Source: Malacoraja senta (lineage: Eukaryota). From it: DNA of 64,000 nucleotides. The notes under the pieces are model-generated. The model was not told the origin of the DNA. It saw only the letters and a list, made by a program, of their open reading frames with translations, and did not search any database. The position numbers were made by a program, and so were the translations under genes. Of this stretch, positions 46,555 to 58,906 are shown piece by piece. Location of the stretch: assembly GCA_038087875.1 (NCBI GenBank), contig CM075983.1:13392001-13456000 (forward strand), read 5' to 3'. Every line of letters starts with the position of its first letter. Position 1 is the first letter of the stretch.

Positions 46555-47510
46555 CAAATCAATTCAATTCAATCTTTAATTGTCATTGTGCAGTGTACAG
46601 TACAGAGACAACGAAATGCAGTTAGCATCTCACCCAGAAAAGCGAACTTAGGAATAATGAGCAGTAAAATATATATATGTACAGTAGTGCAATTTTTCTG
46701 GGGGAAATAGTGTCCGGGGGAGGGGTGACTGGCAATCACCGAGGTGCAGATTTCAGTAGTGTAACAACCGCAGGGAAGCAGCTGTTCCTGAACCTGCTGG
46801 TTCAGCAACGGAGAGACCTGTAGCGCCTCCCGGATGGGAGGAGGGTAAACAGTCTGTGGTTGGGGTGAGAGCAGTCCTTGACGATGCTGCGCGTCCTTCG
46901 CAGACATCGCTTGCTTTGGACAGACTCAATGAAGGGGAGTGAGGAACCGGTGATGCGTTGGGCGGTTTTCATCACCCTCTGCAGTGCTTTCCGGTCAGAG
47001 ACAGAGCAGTTGCCATACCATACTGTGATACAGTTGGTAAGGATGCTCTCGATGGTGCAGCGGTAGAAGTTCACCAGAATCTGAGGAGACAGATGGACCT
47101 TCTTTAGTCTCCCCAGGAAGAAGAGAAGCTGGTGAGCCTTCTTGACCAGTGTTGATGTATTGTGGGTCCAAGAGAGGTCATCAGAGATGTTGACCCCCAG
47201 AAACCTGAAGCTGGAAACACGTTCCACCTCCGTCCCGTTAATATGGATGGGAGTGTGCGTGCAGCCCCTAGACCTCCTGTAGTCCACAATGAGCTCCTTG
47301 GTCATCTTGGAGTTAAGGGCCAGGTTGTTGTCAGTGCACCATGCTGCTAGGAGCTGAACCTCCTCCCTATAGGCCAACTCATCGTTGTCGCTGATGAGGC
47401 CAATCACCGTTGTATCATCTGCATACTTGATGATGGTGTTAGAACCATGTACAGGTGTGCAGTCGGTGAAGGTGAAGAGGGAGTAGAGGAGGGGGCTCAG
47501 TACACAGGCC
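46555..47510 (-). mobile_element. Rex1/Babar-like LINE, RT C-half, young
   Basis: The 242-aa ORF has LSPLLYSLFT, IIKYADDTTVIGLI, FRFLGV, ESILTNCITVWY and LPSGRRYRS. The tail is (GAATT)n. Confidence 0.88.
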
Positions 47511-49827
47511 GTTGCTACTTCCAAGACCATTATATCTCCCTCAGCGGTTTCAGACCCAAACTGGCCGAGTGAAGTGATGCGGCAACAAGACGGTGGAGGG
47601 GGCAGACTTTAGGCAGGGCGGGGCACCAACAGTGGGAGGTATATAAACGCAGGCACACAGCTAGCAGACTCTCATGAGCAAAGACCATAGAAGCTCATGA
47701 GGAAGAAAGTTGGGGATTTCAATGTCAGAACTCCCTGCACGCCAAAGCAAACAAGAGGCTGACATAAAAATAACAAAGAAGATTGATGGCAAATGTCAGG
47801 CATAGAATGCAGGACGCATTAGGATAGATTCAAAATGTATTTTAAAAAAAAGATTGTAGTGAGATTAACAGGTCAGTACAACATTTGGAAAGAGATCCTG
47901 TTACAGTATAGTGTAAGGACAAGGTTCTTACACCCTGCCTTAGCAGCTCAGAATGCCTTTTGGATTTTCTTTGGACTAAATTATGATTGAGGGGTTAAAA
48001 TTGTCAGAAAGCAGAGGCAGAAGTGTGTCAGAAGGGCTCCTGACTACAGAATGTGTGCTAAAATACTTTGAAAGCATCAGCGTGGAGAGATAAGAGTTAA
48101 ATGTATATTTCCAGTATCAGAGGAAGATGCAAATAGAAAGAATTCTGGAATTGCACATTGCTGATCCTTTGGAAAGTGGCAAGGGTAACGGGTTGAGTTT
48201 AGTTGAATTTACTTTATTGCCACGTGTACCAAGGTACAATGAAAAGCTAGGGTGATGGTTGAGTGGGCACTTTTGTTATTTGGCTTCTTACGCACTGTAT
48301 TTAATACAAAAATGGATCTTTTTATAAAGTGGGTGCTTTGCTCAATTCTGGACAATTCATCCTGATTTTGTTTTGAAATTTCTTTGCTTCACTGCAGCTT
48401 CTTGATTCTCAATATTAAGACAATTATTTCAATTTGACCTGAGTAATTTTTCGTATCAAACATATGGTATTGTCACCCTTTTCCCCAGCAATCGCATAAT
48501 CCACTTTTCACAAGGAGAAAAGGAGTATTTGGTAAACATAAAAATCTATATGTATATTTAGGCATTCTACTTTTCTGACAACATACTAACTGCAGCTATA
48601 CAAAAAAAAGACACAACTGCTGGAGTAACTCAGCAGGTCAGGCAGCATCTCTGGGGAACATGGATAGATAATGTTTGGGGTCACATGTGTGTATATGCGC
48701 ATGTGTGTGTGTATCTGCACACATATGTACATGTTATATGGGTGCATATATATAATATATGTATGTGTATGTATGCCTATGTGTGTGTTTGTATATATAC
48801 ACTACAGTTTTCCAATAGAAATGGTGTTCCTCCCTGGGTATCAATTCCAGGTGATATGTGAGTTTATTGTAGGCATTTGGAGAGGTAGATGTTTTTTCGT
48901 TCATTTTAAAAAGAGACTAAAGCTATCTTTTCTTCCCTCTTTCTGAAATTCACCACTCTAATGGTGTATGAGAGGATTGATCAGCATTAATGTCACCTTC
49001 TGTCCATTTGTTCCATTTGAACTCAGTGGAACTGAACGTCCAGAAATAAGTCATCAGTACAAAATACTCCCACTTATGTTTAATGTCTGTGATTAATTCC
49101 CACACCACTTCCATTATTGCTGGGGTTTTTACGATTAGTTAACGTGCTCACAGATAAATTAAAGTTATTTTCTTAATGTTGAGATAGTGGGAGCTGTAAA
49201 GCTGGTTTGGTTATTGGATTCTGGCAGCCTCCCCTCTGATGTCTCATCCAAACAAATGCTAGGTAAATTGGAAGTATTGGCAATTGACTTGCAGAAGAGG
49301 TGTCTCTGAGCTGAGGGGATAAGGAGAGGAGGTGAACTATCAATTGTTGAGCGCAATAAAACTCTCATCTGTTATATCACATTCTGACTTATTTCTGGAC
49401 AGCAGTGTGGGAAACATTGCTAATTCCTTTTTTTGAAATCCTCTGTATTCCTAAGACATTGATCAATTGCACAATCACAAAGAAATGATTGAAACTTTCC
49501 TAGCCTGTTTGGCCTGAAGTCACACACATGACATTGTATTTAACTATTGAACCATGCATTTGTTATTTGTATCTTCTCATTTCCATTATGCCCTCATGTC
49601 TTCATACATTACGTCTTCATGCAGTAACTCAGTGACAAACACTATCATTCTTCCTCTGCCCTCGATTTAGGCATCATCATAAATCTCTGTTGTCTGTATT
49701 TGTTGTATTCTACCTCATTTTGAACTTGTTATGGTTGATAGTGGAAGAGGAGAGTAAATTTTTATTGGTGTCGCTTTCCAAAATTAAAATGTTGTTAAAT
49801 ATTCTTTATGTATTTCGGTGCTGTCAG

Positions 49828-50247
49828 TTCACTCGTTGTCGTGGCTATCCCTCGAGGTCGAGGATGATGGTCTACGTTCTGTTGATTTTACGTTCTGTTG
49901 TTTTTATGGACTCTCAGGTGGCTTATGAGTCCAATCCTGGCTTTAAAAGTTCTTTGACATTCAGGACAGGTAATTCCAGATGGCAGATCGGGCTTTGGTT
50001 GTTGCTGCCTCTCTTTATGTTTTCTTCTCTTTTGTTCTAATTCTGCGCATCTCTTGGCTTCGAAGGTCGCTGTTCCTTCTTGGATGATGGTTCGCCAGAG
50101 TTTCCTGTCTTTGGCATTGGTTTCCCAATTGTCAATGTCGATTGCACATTTCTTCATGCTGGCTTTTAAGGTGTCTTTGAATCTCTTCTTTTGTCCGCCT
50201 CTTTTCCGTTTGCCTTCTTTAAGCTGGGAGTATAAGGTTTGCTTTGG
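49828..50247 (-). mobile_element. RTE-clade LINE 3' fragment
   Basis: WETNAKDRKLWRT...CPECQRTFKARIGLISHLRVH (C-terminal zinc finger). The 3' end is ATCCTCGACCTCGAGGGATAGCCACGAC. Confidence 0.85.
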
Positions 50248-50355
50248 TAGACAAAGTGTTTAAGAAGGAACTGCAGATGCTGGAAATTCCCAGGTACACA
50301 AAAATGCTGGAGAAACTCAGCGGGTGCAGCAGCATAACGTTCAAGTCAAGTCAAG

Positions 50356-50555
50356 NNNNNNNNNNNNNNNNNNNNNNNNNNNNNNNNNNNNNNNNNNNNN
50401 NNNNNNNNNNNNNNNNNNNNNNNNNNNNNNNNNNNNNNNNNNNNNNNNNNNNNNNNNNNNNNNNNNNNNNNNNNNNNNNNNNNNNNNNNNNNNNNNNNNN
50501 NNNNNNNNNNNNNNNNNNNNNNNNNNNNNNNNNNNNNNNNNNNNNNNNNNNNNNN
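50356..50555. other. 200-N run: scaffold gap or masked (TCAAG)n
   Basis: Exactly 200 N directly after TCAAGTCAAGTCAAG. Confidence 0.8.
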
Positions 50556-51754
50556 AGGTTTAACTGATTTTGTTGTTCCTCGAACAATGTTATGCCATAT
50601 TTTTTCGAAAGGTCCTTTGTGGTCTTTTCACTAATGCATTGGAACTATTTTGTCTTTTGCTTATCTCTTGATGTGTAAATACGGTAGGATTTGTTTCTTA
50701 TGACTTTTTTAAAAGAAAGTATATGGTTTTGTACAGAAAAGTCTGAAGAAATGTTTCAGGAATCAAGTTTGCACACTTAATGCTGTTCACATGCACTACA
50801 CTAACACAATAATGGAGAGATTTAAATCCATGTTATGAAATGTTTGATATTAAGTATATTTCTTACAGTGGCTATATATTAATAAATGCATTGTAAAATT
50901 TCAGTTGCATATCTTGTTTGCTACTTGTGAAGTATGTTTCTTTAACTCAATGAACAATGTTACTGCCGTTGTGCAGAACGTTGTTCTTTCATGCCAGTGA
51001 AGGCTTTGAGAACTCTCCATGGCCACGTCCATAGTGAAGTCCCCTTATTTCTGGATGAGACAGTGCTTTGTGAGAGTCTGTCTCTGTTTTTGGTTCATAT
51101 GCTGGTGAACATGCAAAACATATTGACTCCAGATCTGTCACCACACTGTGCTGCTGGATTCCGTATACACTACTGTGACGCAGCTCATTCTTGCTGGCAT
51201 TCACCAGCAACAGGCCGAGGAATTGCCTCACCTGGCCTAGGATCGGCGATTCCATTGATTCCAGTGGCGATTTCGGGTCCACAGAACTCGACCGGGTCGT
51301 GCAACGCACTCTGCCCCGCGACTGGGTGTGGAGAGGGATGGCCAGCATAGAGAAGGCAGGGGTGAGGGACGGCCGACAGATAGAGACAGTGTGGGAGGGG
51401 TGAACTTGGTCGTCAGCAGAAGGGTCTCGACCCGAAACGTCACCCACTCCTTCAGACAGAAGGGTCTCGACCCGAAACGTCACCCACTCCTTCTCTCCAG
51501 AGATGCTGCCTGTCCCGCTGAGTTACTCCAGCTTTTTGTGTTTATCTTCACGTGATAGGCGGAAGCAGACAACGAGGAGAGAAAGGGCAGATGGAGCCAG
51601 ATGGGGTGGAGGAGGGGGGGGTGACAGTTACATGAAGATTATTAGCAGGAACACAAAGCTACCAGTGCAAGAATCTGACTAGTATGGAAAGGATATGGGG
51701 GAAACTTTAGGGGAGAGGTGATGGTCAAATGGAGTGGGGAGGTGGAACTAGGAG

Positions 51755-51905
51755 GGGGCAGCACTGTGGCGCAGTGGTGGAGCTGCTGCCTTACAGCACC
51801 AGAGACCCGGATTTAATCCTGACTATGGGTGCTGTCTGTATGGAGTTTGTTCGTTCTCCCAGTGTGTTTTCTCTGGGTGCTCCAGTTTCTTCCCACATTC
51901 CAAAT
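51755..51905 (+). mobile_element. HE1-like SINE, 5' half
   Basis: GGGGCAGCACTGTGGCGCAGTGGTGGAG head. Confidence 0.7.
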
Positions 51906-52060
51906 CCGTGCAGATTAATTTACATTCAGCTATTCATATTTGTTTTGATATTGTGTCGGCATTAAATTAATTCACAAGTTAAATAACTGATTACAGTCAC
52001 CCACTGGTCTGCCTTCCATCTTCACCCCTCCTTGGTGCCGCTATCACCCTCTGGGCACTG

Positions 52061-53107
52061 TCTCACCCCGACCCTCTCCACACGGGATACCTTACTAGTG
52101 GATACCAGTGACTAGTGGAGTTCCACAAGGGTTGATGCTGGGGCCGTTACTCTTCACGTTGTTTATTAATGATTTGGACGAGGGGAATGAAGGCTTTGTG
52201 GCAAAGTTTGTGGATGAATAGAAAATAGGTGGAAAGGCAGATAGTGTAGAGAAAGCAGGGACTGCAGAAGGACTTGGAGAGGTTGGGAGAGTGGGCAGAG
52301 AAGTGGCAGATGGAATATAGTGCAGCAAAGTGTGGAATCATGCATTTTGGTAGTAGGATTAAGGCGTAGACTGTTTTCTAAATGGGGTGAGAAGCCAGAA
52401 ATCGGAAGTGCAGATTGACTTGGAAGTGCTGGTGCAAGATTCCCAAAGAGTTAATCTGCAAGTTGAATCGGTAGTAAAGAAAGCAAGCTCAATGCTAGCA
52501 GTTATTTCAAGAGGGCTTGTATACAAAAATAGGGATGGATGTTGAGGCTCTATAAGGTGCGGGTAAGGCCGCATTTGGAAAATTGTGAACAATTTTGGGC
52601 ACCGTACCTGAGGAAGGATGTGCTGGATCTGCAGAGGGTCCAGAGGAGGTTTACAAGAATGATCCCAGGAATGAGTAGGTTAAACTATGATGAGCGTTTG
52701 ACGGCACTGGGCTTGTACTCGCTGGAGTTTAGAAGAATGAGGGAGGTCCTCATTGAAACATACAGAATAGTGAAAGGCTTTGATAGAGTGGATGTGGATA
52801 AGATGTTTCCACCAGTGGGAGAGGCTAGGAATAGAGGTCATAGCCTCAGAATTAAAGGACGTTCTTTTAGGAAGGAGAAATGTAGGGTGGTGAATCTGTG
52901 GAATTTTTTGCCACAGAAGGCTGTGCGGGCCACCAGTGGATATTTTAAGGTGGAGATAGATAGATTCTTGATTAGTTCAGGTGTCAGATGTTGTGGGGAG
53001 AAGGCAAGAGAATGGGGTGAGGGGGGAGAGATAGATCAGCCACGATTGAATGGCAGAGTAGACTTGATGGGCCGAATGGCCTAATTCTACTCCTATCACT
53101 TATGACC
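52061..53107 (+). mobile_element. CR1 LINE 3' part, degenerate
   Basis: [13 protein letters not shown]-coding start, ORF 52539..53084 (VRPHLE..QFWAPY), and tail GGGCCGAATGGCCTAATTCTACTCCTAT. Confidence 0.88.
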
Positions 53108-53389
53108 TTACCTCTGTGGGTGAGTATGACAAACTTAGTGGCCATTTCAAAGCCAGTGCTGTCACAATGCACTGATTGATTGACGTTTGCAGACCAGACA
53201 CAGAGTGTGCAAAGAGTCGCCAAAGTTACAATGTGTTCAATGTTGTCCCCAAAGATTCCTCTTTGTTCTCGGCAGCTCCCCCACGCCAGGTCCCTCTTTG
53301 TTCTTTCCGTGCCAGTAGAATTATTTTATGTATTTTCTCTTACAAGATATGGAAGAACAATCCACAACCAGATATAATAAAAATAATAA

Positions 53390-54062
53390 TATCTTTTATT
53401 GTCATTACACATATGTGCAACGAGATTTGGTATGCAGCTTCCATCCGATGTCATAACTTAAACAACTAATAAAATTTAGATTTAGATACCCCGAGAAGCA
53501 TGATTTATATTTTTTTAAAAGAACAGTATAACAGTCTAAACAGTCTAAAGTGCAAATGTGTCTGTGCTGGGTCGATGTGCGACGTGACCATCAGAGGGAG
53601 ACAGTTCATGGGGGTGGGGGTCACTCAGCAGGGCCAGTTCAGAGCAGCTATAGCTCTGGGGATGAAGCTGTTCCTGGGTCTGGAGGTGCGAGCGTAGAAG
53701 GCCTTGTAACGTCTGCCGGAAGGTAGGAGTTTGAACAGACTATTGCAAGGGTGTGAGGAGTGTTTGTGGATGCTGACGGCCTTCCTGAGGCACCGTGTGT
53801 AGTAGATGCCCTCCAAGGCTCATAGCTGTGTCCCAATAATCTGCGCTCTGGACGACGCGCTGAAGAGCTCTCCTCTCCGCCTCCGTACAGCTGAGATACC
53901 ACACAGAGATGCCATACGTTAGGATGCTCTCTGTGGTGCAGCGGTAGAAGGTTGTCATCAGCTGTTGGGGAAGACCAGTCTTTTTCAACGTTCTCAGGAA
54001 GAACAGTCGTTGCTGTGCCTTCATGACCAGCGCAGCGGTGTTGGTTGACCATGTGAGGTCCA
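53390..54062 (-). mobile_element. Rex1/Babar-like LINE 3' fragment
   Basis: AQQRLFFLR, ESILTYGISVWY, LLPSGRRYKAFYARTSR. Shorter Rex-type 3' ends lie at ~12380..12780, ~16130..16300, ~23820..24120 and ~59360..59520. Confidence 0.85.
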
Positions 54063-54303
54063 AACAATTATTCCTTAACAAAAGGGCACTCTGATCAGTT
54101 ACAGTAATACCCAGTAATCTAGCTGCAACTAGCTATTGAAACACACGCCAGGCTTTGCTTTCACGTTTTAAGGTTAGACACTGATTTTATTATTGTTTAT
54201 TTTTACATTCTACTATTCATATTTGCTTTGGTATTGGTAATAAGCTTTAAATTCGTTTTGCAAGTTAAATAATTGGATAGTGTTGAGCTACACGGTATGC
54301 TGG

Positions 54304-54640
54304 ATGGAGTTGCAGATAGTCATACAGCTTGGAAACTGGCCCTTCAGCCTAACTTGCCCACACCAACCAACATGCCCCATCTACATTAATCCAACCTGCC
54401 TGCATTTAGCCCATATCCCTCTAAACCTGTCCTATCCATGTACCTGTCCAATTGTTTCTTAAACGTTGCAATAGTCCCTGTTTTAACAACTTCCTCTGGT
54501 AGCTCATTCCATACACCTACCACCCTTTGTGTGAAAAGGTTACCCCTCAGGATCCTATTAAATCTTTTCCCCTTAACCCTAAACCTATGTCCTCTGTTTC
54601 TCGATCGTCCTACTCTGGGCAAGAGACTCTGCGTCTCTAC
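54304..54640 (-). mobile_element. HER1-like CR1 LINE 3' fragment
   Basis: ORF 54386..54622 has GNLFTQRVVGVWNELPEEVV. Confidence 0.85.
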
Positions 54641-55059
54641 TGATCTAATGCTTAATGTTAGAACAATGCAGCAAAAAAAACAGTTCCTCTTTTTGTGGAT
54701 ATTTGTTCACCACCACCATATTTTTTCCATTTCTCCCACTTTCTGTGTTATTTTACCTGTCTTTTGACTAATGTTTTATTTACAGGTGAGTGTAAACAGA
54801 CTGAATTCTCAAAGCCACGTTCTCTCTTTGTCACCAGGTGGCTCTGTAACACATCTTTGAAATCACCTTGATATCTCAATGCCCAGTCATTGTATGGTCC
54901 CCTCTACAGGGGTCGAGGGGTACACTGGGGTAAATAAGAGCTGGCCCATGATGTCCATTCAGATTGCCCAGGAAAGGCTCACAGCAGGAGTTAACGCCAC
55001 ATTTGTATTCTGTTGTGAATTGCACACATATTAAAAGAACTGATTAAGAGTTTAAGAAA

Positions 55060-56130
55060 CAACTGCAGATGCTGGAAAAATCAAAGGTAGACAAAAATGC
55101 TGGAGAAACTCAGCATCTATGGAGCGAAGGAATAGGTGACGTTTTGGGTCAAGACCCTTCAGACTGATGTGGCGGTGGGGGGGGGGGGGGGAGAAGAAAG
55201 GAAGCGGCGGAGACAGTAGGCTGTGGGAAAGCTGGGAAGGGGAGGGGAAGTAGGGAGAAAACAAGGACCACCTGAAATTGGAGTTCAATGTTCATACCGC
55301 TGGGGTGTAAACCACCCAAGCGAAATATGAGATGCTGCTCCTCCAATTTGCAGTGGGACTCACTCTGGCCATGGAGGAGGCCCAGGACAGAAAGGTCAGA
55401 TTTGGAATGAGAGGGGGAGTTGAAGTGCTGAGCCACTGGGAGATCAGATTGGTTAATGCGAACTGAGCAGAGGTGTTGGGCGAAGCGATCGCCAAGCCTG
55501 CGCTTGGTCTCACCGATGTAGAGCAGTTGACACCTAGAACAGCGGATGCAATAGATGAGGTTGGAAGCAGTATAGGTGAACCTCTGCCTCACCTGGAAAG
55601 ACTGCCTGGGTCCTTGGATGGAGTCAAGGGGGAAGGTAAAGTGACAAGTGTAGCATTTCCTGTGATTGTAAGGGAAAGTACCAGGGGAGGGGGTGGTTTG
55701 GGTGGGAAGGGATGAATTGACCAGGGAGTTACAGAGGGAGCCAAAAGAGGAAGAGATGGGAAGATGTGGCCAGTGGTGGGATCCCATTGGAGGTGGCGAA
55801 AATGTCGGAGGATTATCTATTGTATGTGACGGCTGGCAGGGTGGAAGGTGAGGACAAGGGGGACTCAGTCCTTGTTACGAATGGGGGGATGGGGAGTGAG
55901 AGCGGAGCTACGGGATATAGAGGAGACCCTGGTGAGAGCCTCTATAGTCGAAGAGGGGAACCCCCGTTCCCTAAAGAATTAGGACATCTCCAAAGCCCTA
56001 GTTTGGAACACCTCATCCAGGGTGCAGATGCAGCGTAGACGGAGGAATTGGTAGTAGGCAATAGAGTCCTTACAGGAAGCAGGGTGGGAAGAAGTGTAGT
56101 CCAGAGATAGCCATGGGAGTCAGTGGGTTC
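55060..56130 (-). mobile_element. Penelope-like element, GIY-YIG endonuclease region plus 3' tail
   Basis: ORF 55149..55787 has CYTC, NLIYCIRCSRCQLLYIGETKRRLGDRFAQH and PVAQHFN. The tail has a CTGAAG-GGG..CCC-AAAACGTC hammerhead-like motif and CCAGCATCTGCAGTT. Confidence 0.92.
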
Positions 56131-56197
56131 GCTCTACTACAAACCCACTAACTATCTAAACTGGAGATCTAAAAGGGTAAGAGGAGTAAGGAGATGG

Positions 56198-56476
56198 TGT
56201 GGCGAGACGCGTGGATGTCCATCCAGGAATAAAACGGGACACAAGGTTTGTGCAAGTAAGTAAGTAAGTTTATTGGCCAAGTATTCACATACAATCTGTG
56301 TTTATTCGTTCTTCAGTACAGCTCCCTACTCCTACCCCGGGGCACGGGCGTTGCCCAACTTTATATACTCCCCGGGGAGCCCCGTGACCTGCACCTCCCG
56401 TCACCGTGTACACTTGACACCTCCCTCCAGAGCCGAGGGTTCGTACTGTGGTGGCTCACCACCAGGTGCCGCCACA
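56198..56476 (-). mobile_element. Solo LTR (Gypsy-like) containing a short LINE-tail insertion
   Basis: Termini TGTGGCG...CGCCACA. Flanks ATGG/ACGG are a 4-bp TSD with 1 mismatch. TATATAAA (56367..56360) and AATAAA (56306..56301) lie on the minus strand. Confidence 0.7.
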
Positions 56477-56662
56477 ACGGCATTATCAAGGAATTATAAG
56501 TAAGTTCATAAGTCTTAGGAGCAGAATTAGGCTGTTCGGCTCATTGAGTCTACTCCACTAAGAGTAACGGAACCAACAATCTAGCAAGGAAATCAATAAT
56601 AGACACAAAATGCTGGAGTAACTCAATGGGACAGGCAGCATCTCTGGAGAGAAGGAATTGGT

Positions 56663-56814
56663 GACGTTTCAGGTCGAGACCCTTCTTCAGACTGCCGTCT
56701 GAACGTCCATAGTAAAGTTGAGGGAGTGGGGGCTCGGAAAACGGAAGTCATTAAAGAGATGAAGGGCGTGTGAGGTATCTGCAGTCTGAAGAAGGGTCTT
56801 GACCCGGAAACGTC
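56663..56814. ncRNA. Two oppositely oriented minimal hammerhead motifs (56690..56663 on -, 56786..56814 on +)
   Basis: CUGAAGA-A-GGG-UCUCGA-CCU-GAAAC-GUC and CUGAAGA-A-GGG-UCUUGA-CCC-G-GAAAC-GUC. Confidence 0.55.
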
Positions 56815-58266
56815 ACCCATTCCTTCTCTCCAGAGATGCTGCCTGTCCTGCTGAGTTACTCCAGCTTTTTCTGTCTATCTTCGGTTTAAACCAGCTTCTG
56901 CAGTTCCTTCCGACACAAGGAAACCAATAATCTTTTTTGAACGTGCTTCACCATTCAGTAAAACCATGACTGTTCCTATGCTTCAAAATCACTTTGTGCC
57001 TATTCCCACATCTCCTGATTTCCTTCACGTCCAAGGGTTTGTTCGTCTTTGCATTTAGTGAACAACTGAAATCCTCAGAGTTTTTGGATCGAGGATCCCA
57101 AAGATTTACAAGCCTATGAGCAAAGGTATTTCTTGTTACATTAATTCCAAATGCCTGACCCCTTACCCTGAGACTTTGTCCCTGTGTTCTGATACGGTAA
57201 TCAAAGGAAGGGTGGGGATCGTGGGGATGATAAATGACTAACAAATACTAGCTCGTGGAGCAGATGGCTGGACGATTAAATGAGTAATTTCCAATGTCAT
57301 AATAAAGGACAAGGTCGAGGAATTGGGGAGGATACAGACTGCTGATTAGGATGGAGCTGGTGGAAACTCAAGCTTGTTAATGCCTGAAGGTTTAGATGCA
57401 GATAAGCTTCTCCCAGTAGCAAAAGAACTAATAAGCAGGGGTTATAAATTTGCTACTGATATGATGGAAGGAATTTCTTTAATGCCAGAAGATGCTATGA
57501 TCTGAATAGCTTATCCTGAAGATCTGGTACAAGCAAACTCAATATCAGCTTCCAAAAAGGAATTGGATAAATCCTTGGAGGAAAAATAAATTGCAAAGGG
57601 AACAGGACTCCCCGGATATTTGGCCCAAATGCCAACCACCTCAGCATGATGCCATTAATGACTGAATGTCAAAGGCTTAATTGTGTCTGGAAGTTGATTT
57701 TCTTGGATTCCTCAACATATGTGGTTGTAGTTTGGGTTATAAGAAGCATATATAGAGTCTGATTATGTGAGGTGTCAGGAGTTATGGGGAGAAGTTAGGA
57801 GAATGCGGTTGAGAAGGAAAACTTAGATCAGCCATGATTGACTTGATGGGCCGAATGGCCTAATTCTGCTCCTATCACTTATGAACATTATTGCAGTGAA
57901 TATGTGAAAATACATATATGCAGAGTGAATCATAATATTTATCAGTATATCTTTTCCACCCTGGGGACTGTTCATGGGATTCACACTCATCTAACTGTAG
58001 GGTATATATCTGGGTAAAAGGGAGTGGTGTTGTTTTAATTCTTTTCTTTTAGAATGACTCATATTTGTTCTCCTGATTTAAAAAGGTTCCAAGTGCTGCC
58101 TGACACAGTTTCATTATAAACCTGAGGCAGGACCCCTGTATGTAAAATGCAACGTCTGAGTCACTCTCTACAAAGAACAAAATTCATTGAGATAGTTCTT
58201 AAATTGTCCAGTGGATTGAGCAGATTTATGGTAGTGTTGAATTTTTTCATGTTGATAGATATTGAG

Positions 58267-58545
58267 TTTAGTTTAGAGATACACCGCGGAAACAGGCCCT
58301 TCGGCCCACCGGGTCCGCGCCGACTGGCGATCCCCGCATATTAACACCACCCTACACCCAAGCCAATTAACCTACAAACCTGTACGTCTTTGGAGTGTGG
58401 GAGGAAACCGAAGATCTAAGAGAAAACCCACGCAGGTCACGGGGAGAACGTACAAACTCCGGACAGACAGAACCCGTAGTCGGGATCGAACCCGGCGCTG
58501 CATTTGCTGCAAGGCAGCAACTCTACAACTGCGCCACCGTGACCA
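58267..58545 (-). mobile_element. HE1-like SINE
   Basis: Head-to-head with 58597..58906. Confidence 0.8.
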
Positions 58546-58596
58546 CCCAAAAAGCTTAAGCTTTGGATGCTTGATATTTATTTTGTTCGCCTTTAT

Positions 58597-58906
58597 GGAC
58601 GGCACAGTGGCGCAGCGGTAGAGGAGTGGTAGAGCAGCACAGCGCCAGAAACCTGGGTTCCATCCTGACTACAGGTGCTGACTGTATGGAGTTTGCACGT
58701 TCCCCACTGTGACTTGCGTGGGGTTTTTCTGGGTGCTCCGGAGTTTCCTCCCACACTCCAAAGATGTACAGGTTTGTAGGTTAATTGGCTTGGTAAAATT
58801 GTCCCTAGTGTTTGTAGGATAGTGTTAGTGTGCGGAGGATCGCTGGTCGGCGTGGACTAGATGGGCTGAAGGGCCTGTTACCATTCTATATCTCTAAACT
58901 AAACTA
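58597..58906 (+). mobile_element. HE1-like SINE
   Basis: GGACGGCACAGTGGCGCAGCGGTAG head and (CTAAA)n tail. Confidence 0.8.

Noticed and set aside
56948-57244. 98-aa minus-strand ORF
   Set aside because: An old CR1 ORF2 C-terminal remnant (RTQGQSLRVRG, FAHRLVNLW).
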